This document shows, one piece after another, positions 1 through 9,916 of a stretch of 64,000 bases of DNA (its first letter is position 1; the number at the start of each line of letters is the position of its first letter). The translations under genes and the position numbers were made by a program. The notes under the pieces are model-generated. The model was not told where the DNA came from. It worked only from the letters and a program-made list of their open reading frames with translations, and did no database searches. The stretch is from Planctomycetota bacterium (GTDB lineage: Bacteria > Planctomycetota > PLA2 > JAEUHO01). The stretch spans positions 1 through 64,000 of the forward strand of contig JBFWRP010000009.1 of the NCBI GenBank assembly GCA_050248855.1, given 5' to 3'.

Positions 1-1726
1 GCTGATCGGTCATGGCCTCGTAGAGCAGCTCCATGACCTTGCGCGGCAGCGAGTGGATCTCGTCGAGGAACAGCGCATCCCCCTCACGAAGGCCGGCCAA
101 CAGGCCCAGGAGCGTGGTCGGGTCGCTCGCGCGGTTGCCCATGGCCGTGGTCAGGCCCGCGCCCATGCGCGCGGCGACCGCCCGGGCCAGGGTGGTCTTG
201 CCGGTGCCCGCCGGCCCGACGAACAGCGCGTGGGGGAAGGGCCTGCCGTCGCTCTCGGCGTCCGTCGCCCAGACCTCGAGGCGGTCCACGAGACGGTCAC
301 GGCCGCGCAGCCCCTCGAACGCCGCCGCCTGCGGAGCCCTGTTATCCGGGTTCTCCTCGCGCCGAAACTTCGGCAGATCCTCGGCTACCGGCGGGACGAA
401 GCCGGGGACCAAGTCGATGCGGCCGCCGTCGCCGGTGCGCAGGGCGTCGGCGCACTGCTCCCACCAGTCGCCGTCGACGCGCGCGGGCAGGGTCTCCAAC
501 GTGAGCGGCTCCGGACGCGGAGCGGGCGGAGGCGTGGGCTCGAGCACGACGGCCCGCTGCGAGGCCTGGGCCACCTCGCGCAGGGCCTCGGCGGTCGGCG
601 CCTCGAAGCGGCATGTGGCCGCGTGGTCACCCACGGCAACCAGATGCCCCGCGTGCAGAAGGCCGTGGCAGCTGCTGCAGAGGCAGGCCAGGTTGGAGAG
701 CTGCGTCGGCCCGCCGTCCTCCCGGAAGATCACGTGGTGGGCTTGCAGGTGCTGACGACCGCCGCAATTGCGGCACATCACACCGTCGCGCTCCAGCACC
801 AGCGCGCGCATCCACGCAGGCGTCTTGCGGTCGGGCGCGTCGAGCGTGGCGGCCGGGACCGGACCGTCGGACGTGTCCACGGAGAGGTGCGACGGGCAGT
901 CCTCGTGCACGCAGTGCTGCTTGAGCTCGATGCGGTACACGGGCCGTGACGAACCGCCGCCCCCGAGGTAGCGCTCGGCCAGGAGGCGGTGCGCGTCGGC
1001 GTCCGTCACCGGTGCGCCGAGCTCTTCGGACAGGCTCTCGCGGGCCTGCTCCCACAAGCGCTTGGTCACGGCGTCGTGGACGATGCGGATGGGGTAGCGC
1101 ACCTCGGGGATGCCCTTGCCCTTGCCGTGCTTGGGCGGCGGCCCACCGGGCTTGCTGTTGCGCACGGCCTTCTTGAGGCTGTCGAGGTCGTGATCCACGG
1201 CCCGCGCCAGCCACGCGATCTCGTGAGCGGGCGAGACGACGCGCGCCAGGATCACGAGCTTGCACCACGGAATGCCATGCTGGCGGAACGTCTCGTCGAT
1301 GGCGGGGTGGTCGCGAAGCATGAGGCCGACAGCGCGCAGCTCGCCCACGCGACGGCGATCCATGTCCAAGCGCTTCTTGGCGAAGTGCTCCAGCGTGGGG
1401 CTGCCCATCTCCTTCCAGCCGGTGCGTTCCACCAGCTCGGCGATGTAGAAGGCCAGCGCCCGGTTCGAGACGTCGCTCATGCGCTGGATCCGCAGCACCT
1501 GGTCGACGATGGCCTTCACCGGCAGCCCACTGATCAGCTGGACCGGAGCGAGCTGAGGTGTGGGCGCAGCCTCCGCCGACAATCGCGTCGTAGATGAGTG
1601 CGGCGTAGATGAGTGCGGCGGGACCTCGCGCACCAGGGACGCGCCGTCGCCGGGCAGCAAGCGGAGGTGCCTGGGCAGGTACGACGACGGGCGCCGTAGA
1701 GCGTCCGAGAGAGCCTGACGTGCCAT
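1..1726 (-). CDS. HNH endonuclease-RuvB-like AAA+ ATPase fusion (3' end beyond window)
   Basis: Manual translation from ATG 1726 (GGAG/AAGGA upstream), open to the window edge. HNH motif CRNC..HLQAHHVIFREDGGPTQLSNLACLCSSCHGLLH at ~650-780. RuvB-like PHALFVGPAGTGKTTLA (Walker A) and GDALFLDEIHSL..MELLYEAM (Walker B) at ~10-240. Missing from the ORF track because it has no stop in the window. Confidence 0.85.
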   Translation of the reverse strand, partial: MARQALSDALRRPSSYLPRHLRLLPGDGASLVREVPPHSSTPHSSTTRLSAEAAPTPQLAPVQLISGLPVKAIVDQVLRIQRMSDVSNRALAFYIAELVERTGWKEMGSPTLEHFAKKRLDMDRRRVGELRAVGLMLRDHPAIDETFRQHGIPWCKLVILARVVSPAHEIAWLARAVDHDLDSLKKAVRNSKPGGPPPKHGKGKGIPEVRYPIRIVHDAVTKRLWEQARESLSEELGAPVTDADAHRLLAERYLGGGGSSRPVYRIELKQHCVHEDCPSHLSVDTSDGPVPAATLDAPDRKTPAWMRALVLERDGVMCRNCGGRQHLQAHHVIFREDGGPTQLSNLACLCSSCHGLLHAGHLVAVGDHAATCRFEAPTAEALREVAQASQRAVVLEPTPPPAPRPEPLTLETLPARVDGDWWEQCADALRTGDGGRIDLVPGFVPPVAEDLPKFRREENPDNRAPQAAAFEGLRGRDRLVDRLEVWATDAESDGRPFPHALFVGPAGTGKTTLARAVAARMGAGLTTAMGNRASDPTTLLGLLAGLREGDALFLDEIHSLPRKVMELLYEAMTDQ

Positions 1727-2095
1727 GTCCTTGCTCCCGCCCCGCCGCGGTCAGGCGCGGGCGATGCGAACATCATGCAAACGAGGGGGGACAGTCCTCA
1801 GAGCCCTGAAATCAAGCCTCGCGGGGGACGAACCGCCCCCCGGTCGACGGTTCGCGAGGCGCTCGGACGCAGGGCCGACGCCTGCTGCGCCTGCGCTCTC
1901 GCGCACCCCCCAACGTGAGCTCGTCGCTGGAGCTCGCGACGCCCGCACGCCTGTGACACCCCTCGCCTCCGGACATCCGGGCCGTGCCAGGGACGTGCAA
2001 CCATGAGACGCCCCTCCTTCCGGTGGAGAGAGGGTTGCCGTCAGGATAGTGGCGGCAATCAAGTCGGCTGGGCCGCCAATGGGAGTTGCCGAGCC

Positions 2096-4270
2096 ATGGG
2101 GAACCCCTCGGAAGGTAACGCCACCAGTTTGCGTGGTCTTCTCCTACTGGACCGATACCGGGTCGAACAACGAATCGGTGCGGGAGGTATGGGGCAGGTC
2201 TGGGTCGCCATGGACGAGGTTCTTGAGCGGCGGGTAGTCGTCAAGGTGCCCCACGCTGACTTCGTCGCAGAGCCTGGGTTCGCCCAGCGCTTTGAGCGCG
2301 AGATCGAGGGCCTTCTAGCGCTCGACCACCCACACATTCTCAAGATCCTCGCGCGTGGGATTCATGCTGGAGTGCCATTTCTGATCGCCTCGTACATGGA
2401 GGGCGGGAGTCTCCAGGATCGCATCACGGCAACGGAGACTGGACAGTTGCCGCTGTCTCGGTTGCTCGAGTGGCTCCCCGACATCGCACGGGCACTGGAC
2501 TTCGTCCACAGCCGAGGAGTCGTGCATCGCGACGTGAAGCCCGAGAACATCCTCTTCGACCAGTCCGGCCATGCATTCCTTGCCGACTTCGGCCTCGTCA
2601 AATCGATACTCAGCATGACGTCCGGCCTCACGCAGACGGGTGCGACACCGGGATCCCCCATATACATGGCCCCGGAGCAGTCATCCAGTGAACCACTGAC
2701 TGGTGCGACCGACCAGTACGCGCTTGCGGTGACGATCTACCGCGCGCTTTCCGGCTCCCTACCCTTCGAGGGCAAGACCCCGGTTGAGGTTCTCATTCGC
2801 AAGCGGACAGAGGATCCCCGGCCGATAGTGGAAGTAGCCCCTCACCTATCAGCGGCGCAAGCGCGAGCAATCATGCAGGCTCTGTCACGCGACCCAACGG
2901 AACGCCACCCGACGTGCGGTCAGTTCATTCAGCACCTCGGCATGGGCAGCTCTACCGAAGACGGAGTTCCCGCGCAGGCCCCATCAGGGGCAGGTCAGCA
3001 GAGTGACAGGGGCGATCCTGATGAAGCGGGGGCTTCCAGGCTGCAGCAACTCGCGTCTAGCCCGGCGCAGAGCGATGCGCTGGCAACCCCCACTGCGCAG
3101 TCCGCCACTCCACGCCGCGGAGTGCGCAGGGCAGTCTTCTCTCTCACAGTCGTAGGCCTCGTTGCTGCGTCGGTCCTGCTCACCTTCAACGCCCTGACCG
3201 GCTCGGGAAGGCGACAGGTCGGGCAGGTTCCGTCTCAGGATGGAGGAACAGGTTCGTCAGGCACCGAGCAGCCAAGCGGGGCGATGGCGGATTGGGCTGG
3301 CCAGCCACCCGCTACGATTCCGATCGACGCTGCTTGGGCAATCTCCTCGGAGGCACAGCTTCACGCGGCGAGCGACTACGGCGTACCTGTTGCGTTCGAG
3401 AACGAGATTGGCATGCGGTTCATGTTGATCCCGCCCGGCGAATTCACCATGGGCTCTTCGGGTTCGGAGGTCGACGATGTTGTCAGAGAGGCCAGACTTG
3501 GGGGACTCTCGCTCACGCGCAGCACGTTCGAAAGTGAGATACCAGCCCACACCGTTCGGATTACGAAGCCATTCTACATGCAAGTCACAGAGGTCACGAA
3601 CGGCCAATGGCGCAAGTACGACCCCAGCCACAAGAGCGGCTCGGCTGGACGACACACGTTGGACGCTGAAGCACAGCCTGCTACCAGTGTCCGCTACGTC
3701 GATGTGGCGGGCAAGGATGGAGCGTACGGGGATGGGTTCATAGCGTGGTTGCGCGCGCGCAGCGATAACTTGGCTCCAAGAGGCATCCTCTATAGGCTCC
3801 CATCAGAGGCAGAGTGGGAATATGCGGCCAGGGCGGGAACGACGGGGAGTCGGTACTGGGGCGTCGCTACCCGCGACGTCGCGCGCTTCGAGAACGTCTG
3901 TGATCGTGCGTTCGTACGCGAGAGGGGCGAGTGGCGCGGGGCCCCGTTCGACGCTGACGACGGTCACATTGTTGCGGCCCCGGTCGGCTCGTTCCAGCCC
4001 AATGGCTTCGGGCTATACGACATGCTCGGGAACGTAGCTGAGTGGTGTGCCGATTGGTACGACGGCGACGCGGAGAACTACTACGAGCGTTCGCCCGCGA
4101 TTGATCCGCCTGGTGCGACAAGGGGAACCGGGAGGGTTGTGCGGGGCGGGTCGTGGATGTCGGTCCCATACATGACTCGCTGCGCATCGCGGGACGGGCT
4201 TGGCCCGGAGGGGAACAACAGCAGTCTCACACTCGGCGTCCGCGTGGCCGCGTCGTTGCCCGCAAGATAG
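2096..4270 (+). CDS. Ser/Thr protein kinase + TM + FGE-sulfatase (SUMF1-like) domain
   Basis: GAGGMGQV, VVVK, HRDVKPEN, DFG, YMAPE; TM segment; FTMGS, RLPSEAEWEYAARAG, NGFGLYDMLGNVAEW, RGGSW. Start at 2096 or upstream. Confidence 0.92.
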   Translation: MGNPSEGNATSLRGLLLLDRYRVEQRIGAGGMGQVWVAMDEVLERRVVVKVPHADFVAEPGFAQRFEREIEGLLALDHPHILKILARGIHAGVPFLIASYMEGGSLQDRITATETGQLPLSRLLEWLPDIARALDFVHSRGVVHRDVKPENILFDQSGHAFLADFGLVKSILSMTSGLTQTGATPGSPIYMAPEQSSSEPLTGATDQYALAVTIYRALSGSLPFEGKTPVEVLIRKRTEDPRPIVEVAPHLSAAQARAIMQALSRDPTERHPTCGQFIQHLGMGSSTEDGVPAQAPSGAGQQSDRGDPDEAGASRLQQLASSPAQSDALATPTAQSATPRRGVRRAVFSLTVVGLVAASVLLTFNALTGSGRRQVGQVPSQDGGTGSSGTEQPSGAMADWAGQPPATIPIDAAWAISSEAQLHAASDYGVPVAFENEIGMRFMLIPPGEFTMGSSGSEVDDVVREARLGGLSLTRSTFESEIPAHTVRITKPFYMQVTEVTNGQWRKYDPSHKSGSAGRHTLDAEAQPATSVRYVDVAGKDGAYGDGFIAWLRARSDNLAPRGILYRLPSEAEWEYAARAGTTGSRYWGVATRDVARFENVCDRAFVRERGEWRGAPFDADDGHIVAAPVGSFQPNGFGLYDMLGNVAEWCADWYDGDAENYYERSPAIDPPGATRGTGRVVRGGSWMSVPYMTRCASRDGLGPEGNNSSLTLGVRVAASLPAR

Positions 4271-4501
4271 GCCGAGGCGCCGCCCGCGCTGGATCTGTCC
4301 TGTCCCAGCACCGGTCCCAGCACGCGCCCCGAATCGGTGGTGAATCGGGGATGAATCGGGAAGTTCCGTGCTGAACCAGCTCGCGGGCGGATCGGCCGCA
4401 GGGGGCCATTCCATCGGGACTTGCTGCCACTTGCCCTGATCGGCCTGTCAAGCCGGAGGTCGGTACGAGGCCATGGCTCGAGGCCACGGCGCGAGGCTCG
4501 C

Positions 4502-5572
4502 CTACTCCTTGCCGGCAGCCGGCTTCGCGGGGCGGTCCGGCAGCGGCGTCTCGACCTCGCCGCGCGTGTGGAGGGAGACGAGGCGGTCCCACTCGCCAGA
4601 GCGCATCCAGTTGATGTCGACGAGGGCGGTGTAGGCCTTGGCGAGCCAGGGCTTGGCGTCGTCGTGCTTGCCAAGGGTCCAGAGGCACTCGCCGATCTCT
4701 TCGAAGACGAAGCCGTCGGTCTCGCCCTTGGCCTCGTAGGCGGCGAGGAGGTCGCGCTGTTCGGCGAGGGCTTCCTCGACGCGGCCGAGCATGCGCTTGG
4801 CCTTGGCGGCACTCCAGCGGGAGATGAGGTCGCTGGCGCCGCGGGCCTTGCGCCAGGCGGCGTCGCGCTCGAAGTAGACGAGGGCCTTGGCGTGCTCGCC
4901 CTTCTCGAAGAGCGTCCAGCCGGTGTTGTTGTAGAGCGCCCCGAGCCACTTCTGGGTGCGCGCGCTCTTCGAGGCCTCGGCGGCGGCGATGGCCTTCTCG
5001 TTCCAGGCCAGTGCCTCGTCGCCAGGTGCCGCAATGCCGAGCATGTGCATGGCGTCGAGGGCGTGGAAGTCGGAGCCGGCTTCGCGGGCGACCTCGAGGG
5101 CCTTCGCGAAGAGGGGCACCGATCGCTTGGGATCGCCCGACGAGTTCCAACAGCGCCCGCGTTCCAAGAGGATGCGCGCACGCGCTACGGAGGGCCCGGC
5201 GCATGCCTCACCGGCCTTCGCAAGGACGGCTTCGGCCTCGTCGAGGAGCGCGTGTGCCTTGTCGAACGTGCCGCGCAGGCTGTGCGTGCGCGCCAGCTGG
5301 CTCAGGAGCTCGGCCAGGTAGAGAGGATCGTCGCCTTCGCGGGCGGCGGGCAAGAGCTCGCGGAAGGCCGTCTCGGTGGCGGCGGGGTCGCCGTAGTTCC
5401 ACTGGGTGTCGAAGTCGCGCGCGGCGTTGGCGGGGAGCTCTTGCGGCTCGGCGGGCTTCTCGGGTGCGGCCGGGGCCTTGGGGGCTTCGTCGTCGGCCAT
5501 GAGCGCTCCTCCGGAGGTCACCGCCAGCAGCGCGGCGAAGACGGCGTACGCGATCGGCCGATGGCGGATCAC
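4502..5572 (-). CDS. Secreted TPR-repeat protein
   Basis: GTG start overlaps the M18 stop (GTGA); signal-like N-terminus; helical repeats (ALYNNTGWTL, FVFEEIGECL). Confidence 0.75.
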   Translation of the reverse strand: MIRHRPIAYAVFAALLAVTSGGALMADDEAPKAPAAPEKPAEPQELPANAARDFDTQWNYGDPAATETAFRELLPAAREGDDPLYLAELLSQLARTHSLRGTFDKAHALLDEAEAVLAKAGEACAGPSVARARILLERGRCWNSSGDPKRSVPLFAKALEVAREAGSDFHALDAMHMLGIAAPGDEALAWNEKAIAAAEASKSARTQKWLGALYNNTGWTLFEKGEHAKALVYFERDAAWRKARGASDLISRWSAAKAKRMLGRVEEALAEQRDLLAAYEAKGETDGFVFEEIGECLWTLGKHDDAKPWLAKAYTALVDINWMRSGEWDRLVSLHTRGEVETPLPDRPAKPAAGKE

Positions 5573-6864
5573 GTCTCGAGCCAGCGCCGCATCACGCGGA
5601 TCATGGGCCCCACGTCGAGCGCCGAGGCCATCTCGCGTGCGCTGTGCATGGACAGCATGGGGTTGCCCACATCCACCGTCGAGAGCCCGAGGCGGCTCGC
5701 GCTGATCGGGCCGATCGTGGAGCCGCAGGGCATGTCGTTGCGGACGGCGAAGTCCTGCGTGGTGACGCCGACGTCGGCGGCGAGGTGGCGGAACTGCGCA
5801 GCGGACAGCGCATCCGTGGCGTAGCGCTGGTCGGCGTTGACCTTGACCACGGGCCCACGGCCGAGGTGCGGCCGATGGAGCGGATCGTGCTTCTCGGGAT
5901 GGTTGGGATGCGCGGCGTGCGCCATGTCGGCCGAGACGAGCAAGCTGCGCGCGATGGCGCGGCGCAAGGAGATCTCGTCGCCCGAGAGGCGCGTGAGCAC
6001 GTCGGCCAGGAACGTGCCCTCGGCACCCGTGGCGCTGCGGCTGCCGACCTCCTCGTGGTCCCACAGGGCGACGACGCGCGTGAACGCGGCGGCTCGCCCC
6101 TCGCCGGCCGTGAGCGCGCGGATGGCGGCGTGGCAGGACGCGAGGTTGTCCAGACGCGGCGCGTGGATCATCTCCTCGTCGGGCCCCGACAACGTGGACG
6201 GGCACGTGTCGTAGAGCATGAGGTCGTGGCCGAGGAGGTCGCGGGCCGACAGGTCGCCGATACCCTGCTCGGCCAGGGCCGGACGCAGCAGGCCCAGGAG
6301 GTCCGGCGCGCCGGCGTCCCCGAGGATGGGCGCGATGTGGGTCTGGGGGTTGGGCTTGAAGCCCTCCGCACGGATGTCGCGCTGCAGGTGGATGGCAAGG
6401 TCCGCGACGCGAAGCAGCGGACGCTCGAGGTCCACGAGGAGGACGCGGCGCTCGTCGCCATCGCGCACGACCACCCGGCCCGCCAAGCTGCAGTCGCGAT
6501 CGAACCACGTGTGCAGCAGCACGCCGCCGTAGGTGGCGACGTCCAGGAGGCGCAAGCCTTCGGCCACGCGGTCCGGCCGCGGCTTCAAGCGCAGGTTGGG
6601 CGAGTCCGTGTGCGCGCCGATCGCATGGAAGCCGCTGTCGGCCGGGGCTTGCGAGCCCACGTGGAACGCCACGATGCTGCCGCCACCGCGCACGACGTAG
6701 GCCTTGGTCCCCGCGTCGGGCTGCCACGCGTCTTCCTCGTTCCAGCGCACGAAGCCGGCGCCTTCGAGGCGTCGGGCGACTTCGGCGACGGCGTGGTACG
6801 GCGTGGGCGACGCGTCGATGAAGTGGAGGAGATCGTGGGCCTCGAGCGGGGCGGTCACGTGCAT
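5569..6864 (-). CDS. M18 family (aspartyl) aminopeptidase
   Basis: SPTPYHAV, GAHTDSP, RLDNL, DHEEVGS, SADMAHA, CGSTIGP, LSMHSARE. Confidence 0.95.
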   Translation of the reverse strand: MHVTAPLEAHDLLHFIDASPTPYHAVAEVARRLEGAGFVRWNEEDAWQPDAGTKAYVVRGGGSIVAFHVGSQAPADSGFHAIGAHTDSPNLRLKPRPDRVAEGLRLLDVATYGGVLLHTWFDRDCSLAGRVVVRDGDERRVLLVDLERPLLRVADLAIHLQRDIRAEGFKPNPQTHIAPILGDAGAPDLLGLLRPALAEQGIGDLSARDLLGHDLMLYDTCPSTLSGPDEEMIHAPRLDNLASCHAAIRALTAGEGRAAAFTRVVALWDHEEVGSRSATGAEGTFLADVLTRLSGDEISLRRAIARSLLVSADMAHAAHPNHPEKHDPLHRPHLGRGPVVKVNADQRYATDALSAAQFRHLAADVGVTTQDFAVRNDMPCGSTIGPISASRLGLSTVDVGNPMLSMHSAREMASALDVGPMIRVMRRWLET

Positions 6865-6916
6865 GCGAAGGGTCTGCTCCCGAAACGTGAAGGCAGCGGC
6901 GCGATCCGCGCGCGGA

Positions 6917-7468
6917 TCAGAACTGGACCTTGGGCACCTCGCGCTCCGCCGGCGTCTCCACCTCGAACATCTCGGCGCGCTCGAAGCCGCCGCTGATCAG
7001 GTTGGCGGGGAACGTCTCGCGGCGGTTGTTGTACTGCGTGGCGACGTCGTTGTAGATGCCGCGCGCCAGGCTGATGCGGTTCTCTGTCTCCGTCAGCTCG
7101 GCCTGGAGCTGGAGGAAGTTCTCGTTGGCCTTGAGGTCGGGGTAGTTCTCGACGAGGCCGAAGAAGCCACCGAGCGCGGCGCCCAGCGCGGCCTCGGCCT
7201 TGCCGGACGCGGCGGGACCGCGGCCTTGCGCGCTGATGGCCTGGTTGCGGGCCTGGATGACGCGCTCGAGCGTCTCGGCCTCGTGCTTCATGTAGCCCTT
7301 GGCCGTCTCGACGAGGTTGGGGATCAGGTCGTGCCGGCGCTTGAGCTGCACGTCGATGCCCGACCAGGCGTTCTTCGTCTCGTTGCGCGCGCGGATCAGG
7401 CCGTTGTAGATGCCGATGAAGTACATCGCAGCGACAACGACGACGCCGAGGACGATCCAGAGCACCAT
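6917..7468 (-). CDS. lemA: LemA family protein
   Basis: N-terminal TM, AWSGIDVQLKRRHDLIPNLV, ENYPDLKAN, FPANL. Confidence 0.95.
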   Translation of the reverse strand: MVLWIVLGVVVVAAMYFIGIYNGLIRARNETKNAWSGIDVQLKRRHDLIPNLVETAKGYMKHEAETLERVIQARNQAISAQGRGPAASGKAEAALGAALGGFFGLVENYPDLKANENFLQLQAELTETENRISLARGIYNDVATQYNNRRETFPANLISGGFERAEMFEVETPAEREVPKVQF

Positions 7469-7507
7469 GGGCAGCCTCCAGGTGGGCGATGGGGAAGGTC
7501 CGGGATC

Positions 7508-8740
7508 CTACCGCGGGGCCCGCCGGGAGCCGGTGAGGATCGCCAGACCCAGCAGGAAGAAGGTGCCGAGCGCCAGCACGGCCGGGCGCTGGTCGTCTAG
7601 CGCCTCGCTCAGTGCGCCGAAGAGCAGCGGACCCAGGATCGCCCCGGACTTGCCGCAGAGCGCGTAGAAGCCGAACAGCTCGGCCTCTTGCCCCTCGGGG
7701 ATACGGCGCGCCATGGCCGCGCGCGCCGTGCTCTGGATGCTGCCGAGCCCCAGGCCCGCGAAGCCCGCGACGACGAGGAACGCCCCCTTCGTGGTGGCAA
7801 ACCACGTGGCGCCCACCACGGCCAGCCAGAGGACCAGCAAGGCGCGGAGCAGCGTGTCGGGTTCATGCCGACGCGCCAGGCGCGCGATGACGGCCGCCCC
7901 GATCAGCGCCGTCACCTGGACGCCGGCAATGAGCCCGATCAGCTCGGCGTCGGTGAACGCGAGGGTGCGCTTGGCAAACAGCGACGCGAACGAGATGACC
8001 GTGAGCACCCCGTCCATGAAGAAGAAGTAGGCCAGCAGGAAGCGCCCGACGGGCCGGCCCAGGACCTGGTCGCGAAACGTGCGCCAGGTGCCCGCCGCGC
8101 CCACGCGCGCGGCCCGCAGCACGCCCATGCCCGTCGCGCGGTCGGCGGGCAGGTCACGCCACGATGGCCAGGCCGCCAGCCACCACTGGAGCGTCAACGC
8201 CACCCACACGCCCAGCAGCCAGCCGCTCTTGAGCAGCGGCACGGCCACGCCGAGCGCCACGAGCGAGCCGACGTAACCCCATGCGAACGCACGGGCCGAC
8301 AACACGCCTTGCTCGGCGGGCGGTACGAGCCGCGGCAGGTACGCGTTGTAGAAGACGATGGCGCCTTCGAAGCCGACGTTGGCCAGGACGCCCAACACGA
8401 AACCCAGGGCGACGTCGCCCGTGCCCAGGCCACTGAAGCCGAGGACCGACGCACCGCCCAGCAACGTGAAGAGCACGAAGAGCCGCTTGCGGACACCGGC
8501 GTGGTCGGCGATCCCGCCGAGGAAGGGACCCAGCGCGGCCACGACGAGCATGGACGTCGCGACCAGCCGCCCCCACGCCGCGTCGCCCGCATTGCCACCC
8601 ACGACCCTCGTGGCGTACCACGTGCCGAAGACCACGGGGAACAGGACGGCGAAGCCCGAGTTGCCGAAGTCGTAGAGGCACCACGCGCGCTGCGCGCGCG
8701 CGTCGGGCGAGGCCGCCGGGAGGGTGCCCGCATCAGGCAT
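7508..8740 (-). CDS. MFS transporter (UMF1/Atg22-like)
   Basis: AWCLYDFGNS, GGIAD, FYNAYLP, ELFGFYALCGK; many TM segments. Confidence 0.88.
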   Translation of the reverse strand: MPDAGTLPAASPDARAQRAWCLYDFGNSGFAVLFPVVFGTWYATRVVGGNAGDAAWGRLVATSMLVVAALGPFLGGIADHAGVRKRLFVLFTLLGGASVLGFSGLGTGDVALGFVLGVLANVGFEGAIVFYNAYLPRLVPPAEQGVLSARAFAWGYVGSLVALGVAVPLLKSGWLLGVWVALTLQWWLAAWPSWRDLPADRATGMGVLRAARVGAAGTWRTFRDQVLGRPVGRFLLAYFFFMDGVLTVISFASLFAKRTLAFTDAELIGLIAGVQVTALIGAAVIARLARRHEPDTLLRALLVLWLAVVGATWFATTKGAFLVVAGFAGLGLGSIQSTARAAMARRIPEGQEAELFGFYALCGKSGAILGPLLFGALSEALDDQRPAVLALGTFFLLGLAILTGSRRAPR

Positions 8741-8893
8741 CCGCGGATCGTACGGAGCCGCCCTGGTTGCCGCTCCCCCCTCTCTTGGGCCCCGGGCGGA
8801 CCCGGAGCCACGGGCTGGGTAGGATGCTCGGCCCCCCGCCCCGCAAGGGACACGGTCCCGGGTGGGGTGTACGGCCGCGGGGAGGAGAGCGCG

Positions 8894-9916
8894 ATGAGCA
8901 AGGACCTCGATTCGATCGCCCAGGCCATGGTGGCCCCCGGCAAGGGCATCCTCGCGGCCGACGAGAGCTTCCCCACGATCGCCAAGCGCTTCGCCTCGAT
9001 CGGGGTCGAGAGCTCGGAGACGGCACGGCGTGACTACCGGGAGATGCTCTTCACGACGCCGGGCGCGGAGCGCTTCATCAGCGGGGTCATCCTGTTCGAC
9101 GAGACGCTGTTCCAGAAGGGGGCCGACGGCACGCCGTTCGTGAAGACGCTGGAGCGCCAGGGCATCCTGCCCGGGATCAAGGTCGATGCCGGCGCCAAGG
9201 ACATGGCCGGGCATCCCGGCGAGAAGGTCACCGAGGGGCTGGACGGGTTGCGCAAGCGCCTCGCCACGTACCGCGAGGCCGGCGCCCGCTTCACGAAGTG
9301 GCGCGCCGTGATCACGATCGGCGAGGCCATCCCGAGCCGCGCGTGCATCGAAGCCAACGCCCACGCGCTGGCCCGCTACGCGGCACTGGCCCAGGAGGCC
9401 GGGCTCGTTCCGATCGTCGAGCCCGAGGTCCTCATGGACGGCGACCACACGATCGAACGCTGCGAGCAGGTCACGACCGACGTGTTGGTGGAGACGTTCC
9501 ACCAGCTCGCCGTGCAGGGCGTGCGCCTCGAGGGCATGGTCCTCAAGCCCAACATGGTGATCTCGGGCACCACGTGCTCGGAGCAGGCCGACGTCGAGAC
9601 GGTCGCCGCCGCGACGGTGCGCACGCTCCGCCGCACCGTGCCCGGCGCCGTGCCCGGCATCGCGTTCCTGTCCGGTGGCCAGAGCGACGAGCTCGCGACG
9701 GCCCACCTCTCGGCCATGAACGCCATGGGCCCCCATCCGTGGGAGCTCACGTTCTCCTACGGCCGGGCGCTGCAGGCGCCCGCGCTCAAGGCCTGGGGCG
9801 GGCGCGCCGACGGCGTGGCGGCGGGCAAGGCGGCCTACCTCCACCGCGCACGGATGAACGGCGCGGCCCGGACGGGCGCCTGGTCGGAGTCGATGGAGGC
9901 CGCATCGGTCGCCTGA
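8894..9916 (+). CDS. Fructose-bisphosphate aldolase class I
   Basis: GKGILAADES, GIKVDAG, KWRAV, VPIVEPEVL, LKPNMV, FLSGGQS, FSYGRALQ; RBS GGAGGAG. Confidence 0.97.
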   Translation: MSKDLDSIAQAMVAPGKGILAADESFPTIAKRFASIGVESSETARRDYREMLFTTPGAERFISGVILFDETLFQKGADGTPFVKTLERQGILPGIKVDAGAKDMAGHPGEKVTEGLDGLRKRLATYREAGARFTKWRAVITIGEAIPSRACIEANAHALARYAALAQEAGLVPIVEPEVLMDGDHTIERCEQVTTDVLVETFHQLAVQGVRLEGMVLKPNMVISGTTCSEQADVETVAAATVRTLRRTVPGAVPGIAFLSGGQSDELATAHLSAMNAMGPHPWELTFSYGRALQAPALKAWGGRADGVAAGKAAYLHRARMNGAARTGAWSESMEAASVA

